IMG/VR virus record: IMGVR_UViG_3300044846_005100
Span: 1 to 64,000 of that record
DNA: 64,000 nucleotides
Strand: one strand, 5' to 3'
Source of the DNA: a virus
The translations under genes were made by a program, and so were the position numbers. Each line of letters begins with the position of its first letter. The stretch's first letter is position 1. Below are positions 36,669 to 43,433 of this stretch, piece after piece. The notes under the pieces were generated by a model. It was given only the letters and a program-made list of their open reading frames with translations, was not told the DNA's origin and did no database searches.

Positions 36669-36745
36669 TGGTGGTCCTTGCTGGAATCGAACCAGCCACC
36701 TACTGATTATGAGTCAGTTGCTCTAACCGAATGAGCTAAAGGACC
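36669..36745 (-). tRNA. tRNA-Ile2/Met(CAT)
   Basis: actga CT CAT AA tcagt; body resembles lysidine-type Ile2; ACCA end. Confidence 0.85.
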
Positions 36746-36909
36746 GTGTGCACGTTTTTATATTATCCCCAGAACGTACAAACTGTGCCGACACACGATT
36801 CGGAAGGCGTAGTGCGCATTGATTAAAGAATACCGAAGTATTCTAACTAACGTTCAAGAGGCTATCCCTATCTTCGATCCATACCCAGCGCTAGGCAGAG
36901 GGCTAGTTG

Positions 36910-37008
36910 TAGTCAGGAGGGGAATCGAACCCCTGTTGCCCTTAGTTGCTCTTACTTCTCAGTAAAGTGTGGGATCGAACCACACCTGGACCAAAGCTCC
37001 ACCTGACT
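36910..37008 (-). ncRNA. tRNA-like element (AGTCAGG family) with two T-loop hairpins
   Basis: GTGTGGTTCGATCCCACAC and AGGGGTTCGATTCCCCT within one acceptor stem. Confidence 0.55.
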
Positions 37009-37104
37009 GTAAACACACTCTTCAGCTTTCTACTCCCAGCTCCGAGGAATTGTATATAACTTAGCCCATCTCACCGCTGTGTGGGAACTGAAGTTTATGT
37101 GATG

Positions 37105-37219
37105 TAGTCAGGACAGGAATCGAACCTGTAAACCTACTTCCCATCTTCGGTTTTTTAACTCTAATGTTTAGAGTGGGTCAAACCACATTAGAGTACGTAT
37201 ACCATTCCGCCACCTGACT
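37105..37219 (-). ncRNA. tRNA-like element (AGTCAGG family) with expanded anticodon region
   Basis: Acceptor, D and T arms; long CTCTAATGT...ACATTAGAG stem in place of anticodon arm. Confidence 0.55.
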
Positions 37220-37296
37220 ATGGACGGGCTTTTTGTCGATCTCTCTTAGGCTAGCCCGATACCGCCCTAAGTTCATTCAAGCGCTACTTGACATCG

Positions 37297-37378
37297 TACG
37301 CAAAGAGGGACTCGAACCCTCACACCTTTCGGCACTGGTTCCTAAGACCAGCGTGACTACCAATTCCACCATTCGCGC
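37297..37378 (-). tRNA. tRNA-Leu(TAG)
   Basis: ctggt CT TAG GA accag; variable arm. Confidence 0.9.
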
Positions 37379-37382
37379 AAAT

Positions 37383-37482
37383 TGAGGTTGAGAAGTCCTC
37401 TGTGTTGTAGTGTACGATTATGTTTTCCATAATTCAAGTAATGTCACTCATCTTTATATTTCCTTTCTCAAGGGAACAACAC
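37383..37482 (-). ncRNA. pseudoknot/kissing-loop ncRNA, copy A
   Basis: GTGTTG...TTGAGAA...CAACACAGAGGACTTCTCA.CCTCA shared with 37779-37905. Confidence 0.55.
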
Positions 37483-37487
37483 AAAAA

Positions 37488-37619
37488 TCATAAACAGAGG
37501 CTATTGGTGGTACCCGCGTCTAGCCATTACCAATCTAACTAGATTTGAGATGATCAAGATCACCTATACTATTTTATTCACGTAGGAATTACCCTTCTAC
37601 CTTTTCCGCGTGTTTATGA
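37488..37619 (-). ncRNA. putative structured ncRNA
   Basis: 9-bp terminal stem TCATAAACA/TGTTTATGA. Confidence 0.4.
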
Positions 37620-37622
37620 TAG

Positions 37623-37774
37623 TGGTTCTAGTAGGAATCGAACCCACCTTGTAAATTACATGCAATATGCCTTAACTTTTTACTCCGATCCTAGTATTAA
37701 GGAGTGTTAAACCAAATTGCCATCATCTACCCACTCGCGACTGCTGGGAGCTACCCACGTTATGCTATAGAACC
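37623..37774 (-). ncRNA. tRNA-like RNA with ~120-nt body between acceptor stem and T arm
   Basis: GGTTCTA/TAGAACC-A; GTGGGTTCGATTCCTAC. Confidence 0.55.
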
Positions 37775-37778
37775 AAGT

Positions 37779-37905
37779 TGAGGATGAGAAGTCCTCTGTG
37801 TTGTGTGGTGTACCGCCGCCAGCCTTAATACATTATTTGTTGTTTAACCACCCTTAATAATATATCACTGGTACGACCGCACTCTTGTTTCTCAAGAAAC
37901 AACAC
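37779..37905 (-). ncRNA. pseudoknot/kissing-loop ncRNA, copy B
   Basis: Same conserved ends as copy A with a different central insert. Confidence 0.55.
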
Positions 37906-37909
37906 GTAG

Positions 37910-37982
37910 TGGAGCAGGTGGGATTCGAACCCACATCCTCTACCTTGCAAAGGTAGCGCTCAGCCAGTTGAGCTACAACCCC
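37910..37982 (-). tRNA. tRNA-Ala(TGC)
   Basis: ctacc TT TGC AA ggtag; G3-U70. Confidence 0.92.
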
Positions 37983-37990
37983 ATTTAAAA

Positions 37991-38182
37991 AACAAGTCTT
38001 CCGTGCTCACCACGGGTTTGGATTTGACTGATGGTTTGTTCCCCATCACCTGTTGACGTGCACATCAGAGCAGGGTCCATTACAGGATACCTTGGGGCAT
38101 TCAAACTCTCAGTAAAGGTTGCGATCCTATGAGAGCCAAGGTTTCTTTCATCCGCGCTATTCGGACTTCTGTAAGACTTGTT
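37991..38182 (-). ncRNA. putative ~190-nt multibranch ncRNA
   Basis: 10-bp terminal stem AACAAGTCTT/AAGACTTGTT; internal helices such as ACCTTGG/CCAAGGT. Confidence 0.45.
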
Positions 38183-38185
38183 TAG

Positions 38186-38259
38186 AGCAGGTAGTCGGAC
38201 TCGAACCGACAACCCTCGCCTTGGAAGGGCGACGCTCTAGCCAATTGAGCTATACCTGC
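38186..38259 (-). tRNA. tRNA-Gly(TCC)
   Basis: tcgcc CT TCC AA ggcga. Confidence 0.93.
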
Positions 38260-38266
38260 TTATTTG

Positions 38267-38340
38267 TGATCCCGGCACGATTCGAACGTGCGACCTTCGC
38301 CTTAGAAGGGCGTTGCTCTATCCGGCTGAGCTACGGAACC
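38267..38340 (-). tRNA. tRNA-Arg(TCT)
   Basis: cgcc CT TCT AA ggcg. Confidence 0.92.
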
Positions 38341-38389
38341 GTTTTTAGATCCAATATGTCAAAGAACTTTGGTACAAAATGTACCGCAG

Positions 38390-38462
38390 TAGCGGGGGCC
38401 AGATTCGAACTGACGTCCTCGGGTTATGAGCCCGCCGAGAATACCATCTTCTCCACCCCGCT
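38390..38462 (-). tRNA. tRNA-fMet(CAT)
   Basis: GGG CT CAT AA CCC (three G-C pairs typical of initiator). Confidence 0.85.
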
Positions 38463-38468
38463 ATATTG

Positions 38469-38540
38469 TACTGCCACGGAGAATCGAACTCCGATTTTAT
38501 GGATGAAAACCATAGGTCCTAACCGTTAGACGATGGCAGC
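38469..38540 (-). tRNA. tRNA-Glu(TTC)
   Basis: tatgg TT TTC AT ccata. Confidence 0.92.
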
Positions 38541-38606
38541 ATATTTAAAAAGAACGTTTTCTTTTTTGTTGTCATTATAATACTCTATTTCAAACTATAT
38601 TAAAAC

Positions 38607-38637
38607 AAAAAAACCTCAACTTTTTGGGTTGAGGTTT
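38607..38637 (-). terminator. Intrinsic terminator of putative attenuator 2
   Basis: AAACCTCAAC-CCAAAAA-GTTGAGGTTTTTTT. Confidence 0.8.
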
Positions 38638-38658
38638 AAATATTCTTATATTCTTGAC

Positions 38659-38742
38659 TCAACTTATTAACCGCACTCTTCCCTCGCCTGCTTCTATCAG
38701 AAGGGCCGCTCTAAGGATTGAGATATTTGTTAATTGTTTCAT
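38659..38742 (-). CDS. putative leader peptide (27 aa, MKQLTNISILRAALLIEAGEGRVRLIS)
   Basis: Behind TATAAATA at 38772; stop ~21 nt before terminator. Confidence 0.45.
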   Translation of the reverse strand: MKQLTNISILRAALLIEAGEGRVRLIS

Positions 38743-38820
38743 TGAAAGTATCAATAGTTATTTTGTTGTATTATTTATACTGCAAAAATATAAAAAGTTT
38801 CAATTGTTGAAAAATTTATT

Positions 38821-39063
38821 TTACAATTCATCAAGATTTGCTAGTGTGTCAACACAAACTATTACTTGATCTTTTGGAAAATACCACTTGTCGAGGAAGG
38901 TTCCTCCCTTTTCGTATTCGCCCCAATCGTAATCTTCTTTAAGTGTTTGAAGTACGTGTTCAACGCTTTTTGCCTTCATTTTAAGAAGGTTAGAGTCAGC
39001 TGCTTCTCTGTGAGTTGTTAGTCCAACATTCTCGGTACCGATGATGTAAGTGCGTAATGCCAT
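38821..39063 (-). CDS. hypothetical protein
   Basis: 80-aa ORF. Confidence 0.55.
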   Translation of the reverse strand: MALRTYIIGTENVGLTTHREAADSNLLKMKAKSVEHVLQTLKEDYDWGEYEKGGTFLDKWYFPKDQVIVCVDTLANLDEL

Positions 39064-39113
39064 TTGGTTAAATTTAAAAGGTTTTAATTATAATACTCTT
39101 TTTAAAGTAAGTT

Positions 39114-39518
39114 TTAAATCAAATTCTTCTTTTTTAGCTCAGCATGTTTTACCATCACACTCTTTCGTATTTTAGAAAAGAGTTTAGGGAATTGGGTGAC
39201 TGTCCACACTAACACTTGTACATGCCACGTAGTTATTAAATTAAAGACTTTAGAAAAGAAGGAGTGTTTCATTTCAGGTTCTATCTTCCAGTCTGGCACA
39301 TTTTCCAAGTAGATCTTAAGTTGTCGATGTAAGACTACTTGATGTTCAAACATGTCATCTGACTGGGTATACTGTCGATATATCCTGACTTTACGTAAGT
39401 ATTCAATTGCATGGTCAACTGCCATCATAGCCTCCTCTTTAGATGGATACATTACTTGCATCTCCTCAATCTTTTTAGGAAAATCTGCTCTACTTCGTAA
39501 GATTATCATCGCTCGCAT
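39114..39518 (-). CDS. hypothetical protein
   Basis: 134-aa ORF. Confidence 0.55.
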   Translation of the reverse strand: MRAMIILRSRADFPKKIEEMQVMYPSKEEAMMAVDHAIEYLRKVRIYRQYTQSDDMFEHQVVLHRQLKIYLENVPDWKIEPEMKHSFFSKVFNLITTWHVQVLVWTVTQFPKLFSKIRKSVMVKHAELKKKNLI

Positions 39519-39918
39519 ACTCAGTTTCGATTAATCTTTGAATTCTCATTCTGCCTTTTTCACCAATTGGAATAGGATTTCCCTCTTCATCAATATGTAC
39601 AAATTTGATTTGAGTTTTTAGAACGACTATTTGCTTTCCAGTATAAACGTTATGCGCTCTAGCTTCCATGTATAGAACAATACTAGTATTGCCTAATCCT
39701 GCAGGACCACCATATATCTTTATTAATTGACCCTCTTTTGCAGGTTTCTCAAAGAAACATTTTTCAATAGATACTGTTACCATTCGAGGAGTATCACACA
39801 GTTGCATTGAGTATCCGGCAGCAGCGGCATCGATCCATGCCAGGAGTTTACCCCCAAATAGGTTTCCGTGAAATCCTAGATCAGATTTCTTAATTGGATG
39901 AGTGTTTAATAATTCCAT
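39490..39918 (-). CDS. acyl-CoA thioesterase (hotdog fold, YciA-like)
   Basis: DLGFHGNLFGGKLLAWIDAAA, MVTVSI, GNTSI, FVHIDEEGNP. Confidence 0.88.
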   Translation of the reverse strand: MELLNTHPIKKSDLGFHGNLFGGKLLAWIDAAAAGYSMQLCDTPRMVTVSIEKCFFEKPAKEGQLIKIYGGPAGLGNTSIVLYMEARAHNVYTGKQIVVLKTQIKFVHIDEEGNPIPIGEKGRMRIQRLIETEYASDDNLTK

Positions 39919-40184
39919 TATTCTTTTTCCTTAGTATTGAATTTTACTAATATCTCGTTTCGAAGTTCCAATGCTTTACGTCTTTCAGTAAAGCTTGAAC
40001 CTTTTTCCATGTCTCCAAGTGCAGCTAAGAATACATTTAATTCTTCATCATTTGCTGTTTCTGCAATAAAATCATATTCGTCATCTGTAATATTAAACAG
40101 GACTTTAATTACATTATCAAACATGTCATGGATTCCTCCTCCACTTACAATACATGCCTGTACTTCTGGTCTAAGTATTTTCAT
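39918..40184 (-). CDS. hypothetical protein
   Basis: 88-aa ORF in operon. Confidence 0.55.
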   Translation of the reverse strand: MKILRPEVQACIVSGGGIHDMFDNVIKVLFNITDDEYDFIAETANDEELNVFLAALGDMEKGSSFTERRKALELRNEILVKFNTKEKE

Positions 40185-40363
40185 TAATTTTTATTTTTAT
40201 TTCTCGATTCGGTTGATCTGCGTTTTCTCCTAAATCTCTTTTTAATACGCTAACAATCCAGGTTACGGCCCATTCATGTTCACACTCACACATCTTAACA
40301 AATGGATACTCTTCTCCAGTATCTGGATCAATATCTACAAATCCTATGATAAATTTATTCATG

Positions 40364-40636
40364 TTAATTTAGATTTTCATCGTGTACCCTTACAAATTGA
40401 CCTTCCTCTAAGTCTTCCTCACACTCAGTCACTACGATCTGGCCTTCTCTACTGAATACTATTACTTTCTGTACTGATTCATCTAGGTGAAACTTTGCAT
40501 CCCCTACAATATCAACCACTAGACCTTCACCCTCTCTTAGGATTAGACTTAGTGTTCTTGCAAAAATTAGGGAAGAGTTTAACCAGTCTTCTGGTTTGTC
40601 CTGATGTTCAGGATCATTTGCATTAGTGTAGTTCAT
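40364..40636 (-). CDS. hypothetical protein
   Basis: 90-aa ORF in operon. Confidence 0.55.
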   Translation of the reverse strand: MNYTNANDPEHQDKPEDWLNSSLIFARTLSLILREGEGLVVDIVGDAKFHLDESVQKVIVFSREGQIVVTECEEDLEEGQFVRVHDENLN

Positions 40637-40637
40637 A

Positions 40638-40961
40638 TTAATATGTGTTTATTTTATTTAGGATACGTCCCTTTAATTCAGTGTCCTGTAGATTTTCAGA
40701 ATTGATAATTTCTTCAAGTAGATCTTTCATCTCCTCTTTGGATTTTTCTTTTGCTCTTAGTCTATTTCTAAGTTCAACTTGATAGAGATGATATGCAACT
40801 TCATCAACTTCTCGAAGCTTATTAAAGTATTTTTCAACTCTCTGATCAAGACGTCTGCTTTTTTCCATACTAGTCACATTGGGCAAGGCTTTATGTAATT
40901 CATCAAGTCTTCCTTTAAGATATTGAATCTCTCCAAATTTTTGAATTTCTTGTGAAGTCAT
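40638..40961 (-). CDS. hypothetical coiled-coil protein
   Basis: 107-aa ORF. Confidence 0.55.
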   Translation of the reverse strand: MTSQEIQKFGEIQYLKGRLDELHKALPNVTSMEKSRRLDQRVEKYFNKLREVDEVAYHLYQVELRNRLRAKEKSKEEMKDLLEEIINSENLQDTELKGRILNKINTY

Positions 40962-40967
40962 CTTAAA

Positions 40968-41504
40968 TTAATTTTTTACATGGATCTTAAATTCCTTGCA
41001 ATCAGAATCGCTATCTCGAGTCACAGTAATATTAAGGCCAGTTGAACTAGTCCAATTGACAGTTTCTCCCTCGTCCAAGTTAAATCTATCCCCTACGATA
41101 GGAGAAGGTATAACTACTTCAATTGGGTTATCGTAAAACACTACATATGGATAACCTACTTGAGGGTTATTTACGGTAACTAGTACAGGATCATGCTTTG
41201 GATGGTCGATCTCCGCGCTCACGTCCTTAAGAATACCCTGTTGATACATCATCAGCCAGGCAAGATTTGAAGTCTCCTTAAATGGATTAAATATCTCAAA
41301 TGGGCTTAGTCCATATGTTCCGCTCATTGAATTTGATTCGCCGCCTTTAAGTGTTACTTGTCTTTCTTCGTATGGACTTATAGTCAACATATTTAAAGTA
41401 ATTGGAGGTGCAGCTAATCCTCCATCAGGCATAGGAGAAGTTTTTTCCCTAATTATAGTCATTCGACTATCTTTGTAAAACCAATTTCTAAGTGTTTTTT
41501 TCAT
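40968..41504 (-). CDS. hypothetical protein
   Basis: 178-aa ORF. Confidence 0.55.
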   Translation of the reverse strand: MKKTLRNWFYKDSRMTIIREKTSPMPDGGLAAPPITLNMLTISPYEERQVTLKGGESNSMSGTYGLSPFEIFNPFKETSNLAWLMMYQQGILKDVSAEIDHPKHDPVLVTVNNPQVGYPYVVFYDNPIEVVIPSPIVGDRFNLDEGETVNWTSSTGLNITVTRDSDSDCKEFKIHVKN

Positions 41505-41520
41505 AAGTGTTTAATTATTT

Positions 41521-42744
41521 TTAATTTGAAAGCGGTGCTTTAATATGTGCGTGTGCTTGATAGTTTTCTACTTGAAAATCTGTTGGGTCTAAATGTGTAA
41601 ATACAGATGCATCTTCACTTAACGCTTTATAGAACTCGTCAGTTTTCATATGTTTTAAAGTTGGTAGTGGATATGGTTCTCTTGTTCGAGTTGGAATATT
41701 ATTTTCGTCTAACTCATCTTTTGTGTAGTATGATTGATAATCATTTGTACTTATTTGAATACCGTTTCTTTCCTCCAAGGTTAATTCTCTACCAATTTGT
41801 TCTTTTGCTTGTTCAATATGGTTTGAATACAAGTGAACATCACCCAAGTTTCCAATCAATTCATCTGGAACCATATTAACTACTTTAGCTATGATTTCCA
41901 ATAACAATCCGTAAGATGCAATATTGAATGGTAAACCTAAGAATGTATCTACTGAACGTTGATTCCACATTAAAGAGATTGCTCTGGTTGGAATGTTGTG
42001 TTTGTTACAAAAATCCTTTCTAAAGTCTTTTATATTATGATGTGGGTTAGTTTCTAATGATATTGACAATTCTTTTTCAAATATCTCTAACAAATTAAGG
42101 GTTTCTATAAATCGTAATCTTTCAGTTAATTTCAACTCTCTTGTATAAACTTGAAATCCATAATGGCATGGTGGAAGTACCATTTGGTCTAATTCTCCTA
42201 CATTCCAAGCACTAACCATTAATCGTCTTGAGTCTGGATTTGTTTTAAGGTCATTGATTAGATTTTGGATTTGGTCTATTTCTTTACTTTCGGTCCATTC
42301 ACCATTTCCTAAATAAGATGTATCTACATTCCATTTACGCCAACCAGCTCCATAAATCGGTCCTAATTCACCCCACTTTCTAGCAAAATTATCATCTGTT
42401 TTGATTTTGTTAATGAACTCTTCTTTTGTTTCTAATCTATCGTGTGGAGGATGATTCATTAAAAAATTCTTATAAGCATCCCCATTCCAAATATGGCAAT
42501 CATTATCCACTAAATACTTAATGTTTGTATCACCACGAAGGAACCATAACAATTCAGTTACCATTGTCTTAAATGCCATTTTCTTGGTAGTTAACAATGG
42601 GAATCCTTCTTTCATATTATGTCTTATTTGTCTACCAAATACTGAAATAGTACCAGTACCTGTTCTATCTTTCTTTTCTACTCCATTATCCAAGATGTCT
42701 TGAAGCAATGCTTGATAATCTTTATCTAATTTATTCATAATCAT
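41521..42744 (-). CDS. thyA: thymidylate synthase
   Basis: DRTGTGT, FPLLTTKK, ELLWFLRG, LGPIYG, PDSRR, LPPCH, QRSVDTFLGLPFNIASY, DVHLYSNH. Confidence 0.96.
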   Translation of the reverse strand: MIMNKLDKDYQALLQDILDNGVEKKDRTGTGTISVFGRQIRHNMKEGFPLLTTKKMAFKTMVTELLWFLRGDTNIKYLVDNDCHIWNGDAYKNFLMNHPPHDRLETKEEFINKIKTDDNFARKWGELGPIYGAGWRKWNVDTSYLGNGEWTESKEIDQIQNLINDLKTNPDSRRLMVSAWNVGELDQMVLPPCHYGFQVYTRELKLTERLRFIETLNLLEIFEKELSISLETNPHHNIKDFRKDFCNKHNIPTRAISLMWNQRSVDTFLGLPFNIASYGLLLEIIAKVVNMVPDELIGNLGDVHLYSNHIEQAKEQIGRELTLEERNGIQISTNDYQSYYTKDELDENNIPTRTREPYPLPTLKHMKTDEFYKALSEDASVFTHLDPTDFQVENYQAHAHIKAPLSN

Positions 42745-43189
42745 CTAAATTTATTGTTGATGTTCCATTTTTTTGTGCTTCCTTAGCCTTTTCATACATT
42801 TTATCCCAGCCTATTTTATTAGCTATTTCAATAGCTGTATCAGATATTAAAGGGTATCTAGTTGTTTTATAAAAATTAACAACTGGGCCATTAATAAATA
42901 CATCTAATAAACCTAGTAATATTTCTTTAAATAGTTTCATCTATTATTAATTATTTTTTTAATTAAAAACCCCCACTTTTCAGTGGGGATTATTTATTTT
43001 AAGTTTACTTTAAAAATTTATCTAGTGCTAATATTACCTTTTCTACAAAAGGATTAAAAATATCCTTGTTAAATAATATGTAAGAAATTAAACCTATTCC
43101 CATCATTATTGTACTTAACGATATAGCTAAAGGAATTAGAATAAATATAAAAAAAGCTCTTTTAAACATATTTTTCATACTTTATATTT

Positions 43190-43423
43190 TTAATTAATAA
43201 TTTGTATTTCATTTTGAGTTTCAATCCAAACCTTAGCTCCACAAGATAGTGGTTTATTTGGACTGTATTTTATTGTAGCAACAATATTACCTTGTTTATC
43301 TAATATATTTACATTATTAGCATAATTATTTGATTTATAATTTTTACAAGTAATAACTGGTAAATTAGCTCCTTTACTATTTGCTTTAATATTGTGTTGA
43401 TTTACATGAATAATATTTTTCAT
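43190..43423 (-). CDS. hypothetical phage protein
   Basis: IHVNQHNIKAN...PLSCGAKVWIET. Confidence 0.65.
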   Translation of the reverse strand: MKNIIHVNQHNIKANSKGANLPVITCKNYKSNNYANNVNILDKQGNIVATIKYSPNKPLSCGAKVWIETQNEIQIIN

Positions 43424-43433
43424 ACTCTATGAT

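Larger units (their letters stand above)
11427..38779. promoter_or_regulatory. T4-like late promoters (G/T)ATAAATA: plus strand 11427, 13190, 17687, 18115, 18758, 20237, 21103, 23003; minus strand 26728, 30655, 36560, 38772
   Basis: Motif ~8-45 nt upstream of start codons; matches T4 late consensus TATAAATA. Confidence 0.65.

Noticed and set aside
30742-38529. Track ORFs overlapping the tRNA island (30742, 31349, 33195, 35906, 36099, 37985, 38119)
   Set aside because: They are read-throughs of tRNA/ncRNA genes or their antisense strands
30683-38540. Stop-codon reassignment or suppressor tRNA
   Set aside because: No CTA/TTA/TCA anticodon found, and known genes translate full length in the standard code with TAA, TAG and TGA all used as stops
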